Source of the DNA: Octopus bimaculoides
Taxonomy: Eukaryota
Direction of reading: 5' to 3'
Assembly (NCBI RefSeq): GCF_001194135.2
Contig: NC_068982.1
Coordinates: 165,988,734 to 166,042,931, forward strand
Length of the DNA stretch: 54,198 nucleotides
Below are positions 1-11,490 of the stretch, one piece after another; the first letter of the stretch is position 1; the number at the start of each line of letters is the position of its first letter. The notes beneath the pieces were generated by a model. The model was not told the origin of the DNA. It was given only the letters and a program-made list of their open reading frames with translations, and did not search any database. Position numbers and translations under genes: made by a program.

Positions 1-40
<40 letters not shown>

Positions 41-180
41 GCATGTGCATGATGTATATACATGTGTGTAATTGTATTTCTGCATATATGAGTGTGTATA
101 TACATGTATGTGTGTCTGTCTGTCTGTCTGTGTACGTATAGATATATACATATACACGCATATACTTACTAGTGTTCTAG

Positions 181-655
181 TACACTTCCGTCCTTCTCGC
201 TATAGGCCATACTTCTGGTGAGAAGGTAACAGGTCTTTCTGGAATTTTCTCCTCTGTGTTTTTTTCTACAGGGATAGAAGTAATTAATATTCATTGTAAA
301 ACATCAGAATTTAATAAAATTAGTTTAGAATTAGATATTCAATACAGCATATATGTAAAAGTCTCTTATCTTCAACTGTTCTTATCATCACACATACACT
401 CATATATATGCGTATATGTATGTTTATATATGTATGTATATGCATGTATATAAGTATGGTTTGTAAATTTATGTATATACATGTGTGTGTGTGCGCGCGC
501 AAGTGTGTACGTGTGTGTGTGCGCGCATGTGCGTGTGTGTGTACATATGTGTGCGTGAAAAGGAGAGAGATATCCAATTTGAATTTCCCTAACTTTCAAT
601 TACTTCGAATTTTCATTTGTAGAGTGCAGTTTGTTCCGACAGGAAATATAAATAA
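181..655 (+). CDS. Possible last three exons of a convergent plus-strand gene (beta-propeller-like fragment)
   Basis: Exons 181-217 (ttctag|...CTG|gtgaga), 272-354 (tttttttctacag|...|gtaaaa) and 623-655 (tttcatttgtag|...TAA) join as YTSVLLAIGHTSG-IEVINIHCKTSEFNKISLELDIQYSIY-SAVCSDRKYK*. LLAIGHTSGIEVINI loosely resembles a WD40 strand pair. Short and unverified. Confidence 0.3.
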
Positions 656-777
656 ATAGAATCTTAGTCAATTTAAATATAACACAAAATATTTACTGGT
701 AGCATTGAATAAATTTATGTTGCTTGAAATACAACTTGTAAGTATATTACAGCTTATTTACACACACTCATACATAC

Positions 778-778
<1 letters not shown>

Positions 779-843
<65 letters not shown>
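779..843. repeat. (TA)n microsatellite
   Basis: Direct reading; further (TA)n arrays occur at 1-40 and beside most gaps. Confidence 0.95.
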
Positions 844-848
<5 letters not shown>

Positions 849-2346
849 TATAGACACGATATACACAAATACATACACATTACATATATGTATATGTATA
901 TATATATTATATATTATATAAACACATACTGTTGTATACATACATACATACATATATACATACATACATGGTCTAACTCTAAATTTGTTTCGACAGACAA
1001 AGGCAAATATACCGAGGTTTTGAAGTTGTTGCTGCCGTTACATTTTACATATAAATGTGATACATGACTTGATCTTCCGAATATTTTGATTTTGACTGCT
1101 TTCACATATGCATATAAAATCATTACTACATGTGTGTATAGGTCTGTGTGTGCCTATAATAAAATATTAGTAAATATAGATTGCTGTGAGATATAGTCAA
1201 TGATTATGATTATCATGTGACTTCAAATGGCTTTCCTCTGCTACAAGCCGGCATCTTTAGCGAGTATTCATTGAATCTTTTCCTGTGCTTTTTCGGGGGG
1301 GGGGGTCCCCCAAAAATGCATGCGTGAAATGCTGTGCGTTGAAACCTATGAAAATCAATATTTGGTTTTCCAATTTTATGATGCCGAAAGAAAGGGTGAG
1401 CGAAATTTCTTTCGGCAGTTTATGTTATGAGTTTAAATGCAGCCGAGGTCGACTCTGCCTTTCATTCCTTGAGAGTCTTTAAAATAAGTGCCAGCTGAAT
1501 TACTGCTCTTGAGCCAAAATTAGAAAGAATCTGCTGAATATCAAAATGTTAAAGAATCTAAAAGACTTCCAATCTCGAGAATTTGGACAATATCGTTTAC
1601 GCCCTATATCCAAATTTATCAGCGTCTATTTTATCATCCACCTAGTCGGCTAGAGTTAAATAAATTTTTTTCTGATTCAGGCATAAAGTCACTAATTTTG
1701 AGGGGACGGGTTCGGTCGATACCAAGGACCTCAGTACCTGACTGGTATTTTATTTTATTAACCTCAAAAGATAAAAGTGAAAGTTGACTCCAACGGTTTT
1801 TCCACCCAAAACGTAAGGAGACGGAAGGAATAGCACATGGAATTTATTCTGAGCTCTAATGATTCAGACATTCAAATAGTGACACTTTTTTAATGTCTGC
1901 TAAATTCTACTGCCATTACATTTGCTAATATAATCTGCTCTTCAGAGTTAAATGTTCTCGTTCTACCTATACTCACTGTCACTTCATTTACACTTTCTCA
2001 TTCCTCACTTCATTCCTATTGTCTCAGTTTGCCGAGACGTGCTCTAACCATTACACCTAGTTCTTCCTTCCAGAGTAGCAGTATTTTTAGATTCACTCCT
2101 TGCCATGTTCGGGAAAAATATTAACAGCATAGATTTCACCGGTTTCGGGAAACCTGAGAATGACATAGGCTGAGAGCTTTCTTTTTAGGCTAAAACATTA
2201 GAAAACTATTGCTGAAACATTATAGCAAAATCTTATATCGAGAGAATTGGTCGGCTGATGTTCACAATGGGTGTGGGTGGATATGTGTCTGTCAAAATCA
2301 ATATTTCATATTTGTAAAGTGTAACGTAATGAACTAAGAAACGTAC

Positions 2347-2390
2347 CTGATGTCATTTTTCGACTGAAGTCATGTCTTCATTTATAATTT
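2347..2390 (-). other. Possible downstream (3' UTR or alternative terminal) exon of the minus-strand gene
   Basis: tatattcag|AAATTATAAATG...GACATCAG|gtacgt. All three frames are closed within the exon, consistent with UTR. A donor CAG|gttggg lies 8 nt after the stop at 4656. Confidence 0.3.
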
Positions 2391-2399
2391 CTGAATATA

Positions 2400-3223
2400 C
2401 AGAGTTTTCCATAACTCACCATCCTTCTAATAATCTAAAAATTGTAACTAATTCGAATAAAGATTAGATTCCTCATAAACTTATGCTTACATGATAGGAT
2501 TTTATATTTTATCCAGTTCAAATATCAATTTTATCAATTCAGAGACCAGATTTGAAGTACTCAAATTATTTTATAGAAATGGTGAAAATGCAATAGAAAT
2601 ATTACGTGACCGCATGAGTTTTCAAGAGACCAAATGATGCAATTATGGTGATTAACCAACTCATCTAGAAAAAAAATAAGATTAATTTCACCAAAAAATA
2701 TCATTAAGCCAGTTTTGATTATTCCGAATCCATTAGGCAAATTCTAAATGGGTTTTCTTTATCTCCATGTATAATTGATTGCAGCAAAGAAATGTTGTAT
2801 GGCCATAATCCACATGAATGGAATAATCTGCATACACTTCGTTTGGGATGGCACAAACTCAGCTTATAAAACTTGAAGCATGACTAATTACATTTGAATT
2901 TTGCTGTTCGTGCAATGTTTCCCCAGCTTTTTTTTCTCTCTTCGAACAGTGCTTGAAGCATCGTGCAAAGATTTTGTTTCTTCAAACGTCTTTATAATAT
3001 CTCCAATAGCTTTTTGTTGTAAATGGGTCTTTGCGTGAGCTGCCGGATTGAGTTTTTAGACATGTAATGATGCTCTTGCACTTTCATCCTTTTTGTAAAA
3101 TAATTCCAGTGCTTTAGATCTTGCGTTTAAATTCATTCTAGGCATATGATGAAATGTGTTGCCATCTTTTTCCTGGTTGATTCGACTTATCTTCTTACAA
3201 ATAGTGATTCTTGGCACTCCCTG
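2400..3223 (-). mobile_element. Decayed, internally deleted mariner-like (Tc1/mariner superfamily) DNA transposon
   Basis: Degenerate TIRs TA|CAGAGTTTTCCATAACTCACCAT (2400) and TA|CAGGGAGTGCCAAGAATCACTAT (reverse complement at 3223), 15/23 identical, TA at both ends. The minus strand reads MNLNARSKALELFYKKDESARASL...IGDIIKTFEETKSL, like a mariner N-terminal HTH region, with stops. Confidence 0.55.
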
Positions 3224-4655
3224 TATATATATGGTGATTATGCTTCGTGAAGAAGAGCACCGATACACGAATTGATAGTGTAACGAAAACCCAATCGAGA
3301 AAACAAACCAGTGGTGGAACCCCACCATAGTTGCTCGGTTGGCGATAAACAACAAACGGGATCTCCCTCAAATCACATTCCGCCGCCGGCTATAGAGACA
3401 CATATTGGATTATATAGTTCTAAATACAGGAAGTACGATACGGTGGATGATCATGATGGGAAAGCCTTTGATTATAAATTTTCACTATCATAGTGACATA
3501 GAGCCCAACAACAACTGGCATCAAATAAAAGGTCGGCGATTTTCATCTGTTACTGATATTAGTGTTGGGGTAATTCATTGTCAGTGAAATGTCGACATAA
3601 AGCATCCAGAAATAAACACCAATATTTTTTTAAGCTAAATTCAAATAATGTTATTGGAGTTGTTATTTACAAAGTTTTCATTCCGTTCAAAGGCTATTCA
3701 ACCGCTTATCATCACAGAAATCCAAAATGAGAAACGGTGTTCAAGAATCATTGATTATTTATATGGTGATTGACCTTATTATTATTTGATAAAGTTAATC
3801 AATGATTTTTGTAAACGTTAACTTATTTGAAAATACTAACATTATGGTTTCCAATTTGAAACATCATACCTAACTAAAGACAATCAATCAATCTAAGTCT
3901 GTTTTCGGAGTTAGGTTGCTCCAGTGTCACCAGCTATGAACTCTTGAAAACTTGGATCCCGATTAAAATTGTATTTCAATTCATAAAGTAAAAACATAAA
4001 TTATTTCCGATAAGAATAAATGAATACCATAGCTACTCTATTTTTAAAATCTACACGATCATATAATCGAAAACTAGGTGTGTGTATTAGCGTGTTGTCC
4101 TATAAATTAACTTCATGCCTTTAAGTTTTGCTTTCAGGTAACACGAAGCGGTTCTACTTTTTGTCGTCATACGGTACCAAGGTCTTAATTAAGCATTGTT
4201 AACCTCATAAAATTCAAAATATATTTCAAAAATATTAATCATGTTGAATCATTGTGAAAACAACTAATCAATTCATTTTTTGAAGAAATAAGTATTTATG
4301 TATTTGACTCTACAAAACAAAGAAACGACGTTCAAAATTCTATCTCCCCTTGTATTTAAACCCAGCATTTAGTGGATTGGAGACAACTCTGGGATCATGT
4401 CACCATTGATTTGCGTCTATTGCCGAGAAGCTTAATCGTCTACAAACGAATACATATATTTTGAAATAAAGAACTATAACATTATAAACTTTACGAGTCT
4501 TTTGATGTTTCTATATGAAGAGAGTGTTCTCTTTAACAGAAGTAGAGCCTTATGACAGAAAGCCATCTTAAAACACACAAATAGGATTGAATATACAATC
4601 GCTCGTCAAACTATAAATACAAGAAATTTTCCAAAAATACACCCAACCTGCAGTC

Positions 4656-7403
4656 TTAAAATTGAATATCCTGAGTAGTATGGTGCACAGGAAAAGACGG
4701 CTTGGTCCAGATTGGAATATATTTGATCACAGATTTTCTGTATGAGGGCGGATTTGGTACTGTAGAAATCAATGAATCAAGCAATTGTGTGTAGGATGTG
4801 TATGCTGCAAATTGTGAAAGAGTGAAAAAGAATTCGAAAGTTTAAAAATAGTTTCTTTTTATAATATATTGTATAGCGTAACGTATTCAGTATAACTGGG
4901 TTCTTTAACAAAATTCTGTTAACAAATACCGAACCCAACGAGACCCACTTAAGGGTATTTAAAGCCACATGATATTTAAAATTGTATGATCGTTTAGTCA
5001 GTGTTTCTCAGGGAATTAGCTTTTGTTCATTGCCTGGATTAGTGGCGTTACATGTGAAAATAGTGCATACATCTTGAGAGATTCAAAAGTAGTTTATAAG
5101 TGTCTCGCCAATATAAGAAAATATGGAATCCACTGATTGCTGTAGGGCTGCTGGAAGCGTTTATTAATAAATATATTTGTTTTCAGACTGACTCTCAAAG
5201 TTCACTCTAATTATAAGGAATACTTCTAAGTAGAAGGGAAGTGCTGACAATACATTGAAGAGATAGCAATTCTGCTATTTTCCTTCACCAAGCTGACTTA
5301 CTTTTCAATCACAAAATGGTTTCCATTACCAAAATTATTCTGTTCATCTTGGAAGATCGATAATCCCACACTCATGTCTGGAAGTACTGCATGTATTTCA
5401 GAGTAATGCTCTTATACAATCGTTTAAAATTAATCATTTCAATAACTTAGTTGTTGTTGCCAAACAACTATCGACTCTTCGCGCAAACTGCTATATTACA
5501 AAATGCAAGGTTATGAGTGAACCAGCTTAGCCTCATTCATGATTGTAGCAAAATATCAAACATTCTATAGTGGATTATTTCTAAATTCAAAGTCTATATT
5601 AAAGAATTTATTAGAAGCAATGAAATTATGAAGTCGGTGGATATTTAGAATATAGCTTTCGGCCAAAGCATATACACGAACATTAGAAAATTTGCTATTA
5701 TTACTGTTTTATTTTTTGTTATTTTATTCTTATTTTCTTTGCCCCTAATTTTAGAATAGCTTTTAAAGATAATGAAAGACAAGCTGTTGCAATTCAAAGT
5801 ATCTTTGCACGAATTATTGCTATTGGCTATAAACAGAGAATAGATAGATATTAACATTTATCTATTTATTAAAGTTTGAAACAAAGAAAAAAATGAAAAA
5901 TTAATACAAAATGCATATATCTATTAAATAAATGAAAATTTACTTAGGCTTTGAGAATAACATCTCATATTGATACAATTTACATAGTAATGTCTCGAGG
6001 GAAAACTATCGACGAGCTACGAATCTTGAAAGGTTCAGAGGTCTCCATGTGTGCATGATGAAGTAGTATTAGAATTATGTATAAGATGTGGCTGGATGGT
6101 ATGTTACAACTCACTTAAGTTAATCTTATTGTCTCCGTTTGTTCTTTAAAGTGATGCAGTTATCTAATAGTCTGAATATAGAAATAATCTCAGAAATTTG
6201 CACAAGTAGTACCAGAAATTTGCACAAGTAGTACTTAAAAGCAAGGTCTTAGAGTGTTTGTCCTTTTTCATTCTCTTTGTTTAAAACATTTTCTCCGGTA
6301 CCATCATTTACTTAAATCATGAATTTATTAGTCCCTCTATGGTGGTGAAATTTTAAATAACTACGCGCATGCGCACAAATATATGTATATGTGAGTATGT
6401 ATAAATGTTTTCTTTGCGATCTTACCCCTGTGACTTTGATCTTGCAATTTCAGCATAAAGCTCTGTAATTGGCTCGGACATGAGCAATGTTTTAGGACGT
6501 AGATTATTAACGCATAATAATCTACATTGCCAGCAGCTGAATCGTTTTCAATTGCCATCTGCAGGTCCTCATCAGATCCGTAATTAAATATAAGATTTCC
6601 TTAGAAGGTAAAAATAGAAGTTACTATACTGTTTTGTTTCATGTTGTTTTTGTATTAGTATACACAATGGTAACTAAGTCAAAATGGACGCGACTATGAA
6701 TTGAGATAAATATCTTTAGAAACATGAAAAAAAACCCAGAAAATGATACCTTACCAAATTAGATGCAACAAAAAAGTGATAAATTGCTGGATCTGAACAT
6801 TTTACATGGAGAGAATGCCTGTTGAATCGACTCTGGTATATTCTTGGTAGTCAAGATAAGATTTGACCTCCAAAGTTCCAAACTAATACGTAACAAATAT
6901 TATGTCTCCTATGATATATAGTCCCGTAAACCGCTGACTAGCGATGAATATCGATAGTATGATGGTTTATTGAAAGAATATACCTCAAACGGAAATCATA
7001 TTATCATAATGATTCCTCGGTGTGTACTATGGGTCCAATTCGAGAAATAGGGTAGCAGATCGGCAGTCATTAGAGCATTTGTTAAAATACCTTGCAGTCT
7101 CAGCTCAAATCTCACTGTGGATAAATGGGGACATGGAGAAAAGATTTCCAACATGAATGAGCAATGACCAGTCTTCACTAAAAAGAAAAAAGATTAAAAT
7201 ATCTTAACCAGGCTTACACATGCAGGTGTAAACGCTGAGCCAAGCTTGACTGACAGAAATCCCAATATATTTGAGAAAGTGAGAGACTGCTTTTATCAAC
7301 GACTACTTTAGATGTCTAAATGAAGTGTTAAATCTAATGAGTACAACACAGTTTTATAATACATAAATATTTAAAACAAAACCTGAGTCATCCAGCCATG
7401 AAA
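4656..7403 (-). CDS. Multi-exon host gene, uncharacterised protein (C-terminal ~230 aa); core 7 exons
   Basis: Minus-strand exons 7403-7383, 7315-7218, 7177-7116, 6599-6426, 5410-5302, 5150-5071 and 4804-4656 (TAA at 4658-4656). All introns are GT..AG (donors gttttg, gtaagc, gtgaga, gtaaga, gtaagt, gtatgc) and phases 0,2,1,1,2,1 join into one frame: FHGWMTQ-TSKVVVDKSSLSLSQIYWDFCQSSLAQRLHLH-VEDWSLLIHVGNLFSMSPFIH-RNLIFNYGSDEDLQMAIENDSAAGNVDYYALIIYVLKHCSCPSQLQSFMLKLQDQSHR-EHYSEIHAVLPDMSVGLSIFQDEQNNFGNGNHFVIE-NSPTAISGFHIFLYWRDTYKLLLNLSR-SYTSYTQLLDSLISTVPNPPSYRKSVIKYIPIWTKPSFPVHHTTQDIQF*. Family not recognised; ORF 6361-6558 in the track is exon 4 read through its donor. Confidence 0.72.
6191..6234 (+). 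repeat. 22-bp perfect tandem duplication
   Basis: CAGAAATTTGCACAAGTAGTAC x2, inside an intron of the minus-strand gene. Confidence 0.95.
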
Positions 7404-7933
7404 CTAAACAGTTAATAAATAGTAAAATATCATGTAAAACGAAAGGACAGCAATATTTTTCGAAATGCTTTCGTTTGCATTGAAACTTAAGCTATCTGTG
7501 TTTAAATTTATAATTAACGTCTGAATCACTGATTGCCCAATAATTAAAAATTCGGCTGACATATCTTAAAATAAGAGAAAAACGATTATAGCAATAAATT
7601 CTAAATGTCTGCGTTTGTATTGTTAGTAACAAGCAACTTCGTTTGCTCCTGGTGACGTACGAAGAGCAATCGTTTTATACAATAACCGCAGTTACGACAA
7701 TATATTTGCAGGATATATTCATTTATCAAACTCTGCAAACACGTCTACAGTATAGACGCTGTTCAAGTGTCACAGTTACAATGTTTTCGCGATGCAATTA
7801 CTCTCCCTAATGAAGATTTAACGAATTTTTCATTGACATATGAGCTTCGCCAGTAATTCATTATAACTGATGTAAACGTACGGTTTATTTTTATGGCATA
7901 TACATGCATATAGACACACACTTAATAAGTGCG

Positions 7934-7972
<39 letters not shown>

Positions 7973-7990
7973 AGAGAGAANNNNNNNNNN

Positions 7991-8024
<34 letters not shown>

Positions 8025-8144
8025 AGAGAGAAAGAATTTGTATGTGCACAGAGAAAATGAATTTGAGGAGTGAATCGAAGAATGATATAGTAATTCCTTG
8101 GTAAAAAGTTGGGTAGAAGATAGAAATAAACAGAAATAGCATAC

Positions 8145-8432
8145 TATTTTGATAACAGTAGCCTTCTCATTAACCAGTAAATCTACATAAAGGATGTATA
8201 AGCTATTTAAACAGTTTCCAGCTTTATTATAGTTACTACTAATTAAATTAGGAAGTATTTTTTTCTTAAAAAGGTTCCATTGTGTTTTTGGTTGAGCATG
8301 AAAATTTGCATTTCGTTTTGTTCTTTTGGATTTGGTTGTTCATAAAATAAGATTTGCGTTAAAACTATAATTAAGAAAATAACAACACCTGCTGGTTGTT
8401 TTGATATTTAATATGGTGCCTATATGAAGTTT
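8145..8432 (-). CDS. Probable upstream exons of the same minus-strand gene
   Basis: Exon 8201-8145 (57 nt, phase 0-0, aaatag| ... |gtatgc) reads LYILYVDLLVNEKATVIKI and joins FHGWMTQ in frame. Exon 8432-8389 (44 nt, phase 1-0, atacag| ... CAG|gtgttg) reads TSYRHHIKYQNNQQ. Both are short, so chance compatibility is possible; the start codon is not located. Confidence 0.45.
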
Positions 8433-8465
8433 CTGTATAAACGTTTTAAATTACTTAATGGAAAC

Positions 8466-9620
8466 CTATTGAAGTAATCTCGCTTTCGGGGCGGTGGTAG
8501 CAGTGGTTAACCTCGTCGTTGCGTTCAACTTCGTCAACAACTCAATGGTGGTACAGCTGACGGTGAGAGTGGTGGTGATGATGGCGTTGGTTATAGTCGT
8601 AGTTATGATCTGGGTCGTCATAGTGGTGGTAATTGAAATGGTTGTGATTATAGTATTGGTGAATGTAAAGGAAGAACACATGTCGGTGGTAGAAATGTTT
8701 TTAGTCAGGATTAGTCGACACTGTGAGGATATCCCTAAATATTAAGACAGTTGATATAATGATAGAAAAATGATAACCAGTATTGAGGTCTATCCTGATA
8801 ATTGTATTTGTTTCGGTTTGTCTAAGTATGCCCCACGAAATGATGGAAGCGATGAAAATGTTTATGTTATTGTGGTAGTAGTGATTGTAATAATCAAGAT
8901 GATGTGGCAGGGTGACAAAAGCAGTTGTTAATGTTGTGGGTGCGATAGTGGTTATTATAACAGTCACAATTAAGTCGGTGAGCTGGCAGAATCCTTAGCA
9001 CGCCGGACAAAATGCTTAACAGCATTTCATATGTCCTTATGTTCTGAGTTCAAATCCTGCCGAAGTCGGCGTTGCCTTTCATCCTTCGGAGTCGATAAAA
9101 AGAGTAGCAGTTGAGCACTGGGGGCGATGTAATCGACTAGCTCCCTTCCCCGAAATTGCTGGCTTTATATCAAAATTTGAAACCATTATAATGGTTATGA
9201 ATGTTGCTGAGATAGTGATTTTATTGTGATTACGATGGGTTTTTTGAAAGCAAACATGATGCTAGATTTAATGAGGATATCATAATGGTTTCAATAACGA
9301 TGGACTCGGTATTGGTTTTGCTTTTTAACGATATCTTGAAGTTGATTGTAGTCGTTATATTCATGATGACTTTTGGTTTGTGTTGATGTTTGTTGTGACT
9401 GTGGTTTTCTAAGTGTGTTATTCATTTTTGTTACTCTAGTCTTTGTTAGGGTAGTGATGGAAATAGTAGTAGCAGTAGTGGTAATGCTGCTGCTGCTGTT
9501 ACAGGTCGGACAGATTATCGTTTTTAGCTCTAACAGGAATGGTTATTGTAGTAGTGCCTTCATGACGGTTACCGTGTAATAGTGGTGTTGTTGTTACTAC
9601 TGCGATCATTGTTGATCGTT
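8466..9620. repeat. Degenerate (GTN)n low-complexity tract with an inserted SINE
   Basis: GTG/GTT/GTA triplet-rich sequence giving Val-rich and Thr-rich pseudo-ORFs. Confidence 0.7.
8975..9190 (+). mobile_element. tRNA-derived SINE (octopus GGCGGCGAGCTGGCAGAA type)
   Basis: GAGCTGGCAGAATC..AGCACGCCGG head, B-box-like GAGTTCAAATCC, shared core GTCG..TTGCCTTTCATCC.TCGG.GTCGAT. Confidence 0.8.
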
Positions 9621-9717
9621 GTGTAATCTCAATACATTTATTTATTCCCTATTGAGAAGATCTATGATCAAGAACATTTTTGCCATGACTAACTGGCACA
9701 GCTTGTAACACATGTAG

Positions 9718-9817
<100 letters not shown>

Positions 9818-10062
9818 ATGCGCAACTGGATCTGCCAGCATCTCTTCCCTTCAGTACAGGCACAAACATTCTCTATTTTTTCAAAGCTTATTGTTATTAC
9901 CAGTATGTATGTGTGTGTATATATATATATATATATTGAGAAAAGAAAATTTTATATCTTCATTATTATGATCGCTTTCATTTATATTGTTCATATTGTT
10001 TTTTTTGTCGCGGGGTTGTTCAGAAGAAGAGAACATTGTTTCTTTTTTGTTTTGTTTTTTAG

Positions 10063-10857
10063 GGTGAGGTTCCTTCAAAATGAAGATAGATACGTGGAAT
10101 ATTTGCAGTTGATTTCCTCGTCAGTCAATGGCCAAAAATATCCTAATGGTTTCGCGCTATTTAGCATTGAGACCACTCAACATTGGAGGCGCCAGAGAAT
10201 TAGGCTTCTGATATATGTATATTTTGCTTGTTTGCTTTTTATATTATATGCCCATCTTTCAAGATGTAGCAAGTCTATTTACGTAGGAAATAAAGTTTTA
10301 TCCAGTACTCAATTGGAAATTTATTCATAAACGCCTATAGTAATGACCAAAAGAATTCAGTAATTTGATAGTTTTACTTTTTGCCTTCTTTTATTTTTCT
10401 TTTCAGGATTTCAAAAGGATGGCTCTTGTACGATGTTAGAGGTATTCGTATAAGGGAACAATGTTAAATGAAGCATCAAATGACTTTGTAATCGTTGATT
10501 TTATCTTATTTTAAAATTCCCATATATTTAGAAACTCGAGTAAAGGCATCTTTCTGAGTTCCTGAGCGCGACGATTTTATACAGGGATTTTCAGTCAACC
10601 CTGTTCAAACTTCTTGTTGCATTAATATTCGCCGGATAGATCTTTATATGTTAGATGTTTGTGAAAGGTGCATACAGTTGGGAACGCAGACACAAGAGTT
10701 GCTACAATTTACATTGAGGAGAAATTTGCGCAATTGTATTGGAAAATTTTCTTTTGTTTATATTAGCCATGGGAGTTGCAAATACCTTGATACAACTACA
10801 GCCCAGCCTAGTGTTATTTCTGTTAAAGGGCTTACGATGTCTATGATCGACGGATAA
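10063..10857 (+). CDS. Tentative four-exon plus-strand chain
   Basis: Exons 10063-10148, 10407-10441, 10585-10667 and 10767-10857 are phase-compatible (RVRFLQNEDRYVEYLQLISSSVNGQKYPN-GFQKDGSCTMLE-GFSVNPVQTSCCINIRRIDLYMLDVCE-SHGSCKYLD...IDG*). Polypyrimidine acceptors are strong at 10062, 10406 and 10766, but the donors are weak. Confidence 0.22.
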
Positions 10858-11269
10858 ATGCATAAAGATCAGGAAAACCCTGACAACCTTAGAACAAATG
10901 TGTAAACGAAATGGAGGGTCATACCATATAATGTTCCGTTTCCTGTGGTTTTGTTCATAAGTAATTGATATTTACCACCATATTAGTATTTGCAGTTTCT
11001 CTTCTTCAGTTCTCCTGTAGCTATTTTACTAATAGTCATTTGTATCTTGCAATATTATTGTCGTTAAAATTGTGTTATTACAAACGCCAGATATTATTCT
11101 TTATAGTATATATTTACACATTACAAATTCATATATTCATATCCCACAGTGCTAAACTTTATATTTTTGTTTCATTCTCTAGGGAGTCGTTAAGTATTGA
11201 TATCAATTTTATCGATTATACATTTTTTTCCTAAAATGTTTGATTCTGTGCTTATATTAGAAATTATGA

Positions 11270-11490
11270 AAACGGCCATCTGGCAGAATCTTTTGCTCGT
11301 CGGAAAAATATCATGCAATAATATTGTTCTGGTTCTTCACATCTTTTTTTGTTCAAATCCCACCGAGATAGGCATGGATTTTCGTCCCTCCGAGGTCGAT
11401 GAAATTATATACATTTCAAGTGCAGGGTTCGATCTAATTTACTAATCCCTCCCCTTTCAAATCTGAGGCGAAGTGCCTAAGAAAGAAACA
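11270..11490 (+). mobile_element. Decayed SINE of the same family
   Basis: CTGGCAGAATC head, TTCAAATCCCACCGAG..TTTTCGTCCCTCCGAGGTCGAT core, GAAGTGCCTAAGAAAGAAA tail. Confidence 0.65.

Noticed and set aside
320-1123. ORFs rich in YI, CV and HT dipeptides (also at 9718-9971, 17944, 18615-18926, 30834, 33011-33567, 39134-39419)
   Set aside because: Translations of (TA)n, (TG)n, (CA)n and (TC)n microsatellites, which lack stops in some frames.
4131-4143. Second AG|GT juxtaposition (ctttcag|gtaaca)
   Set aside because: Short pyrimidine tract, another AG 12 nt upstream, weak donor; expected by chance at this base composition.
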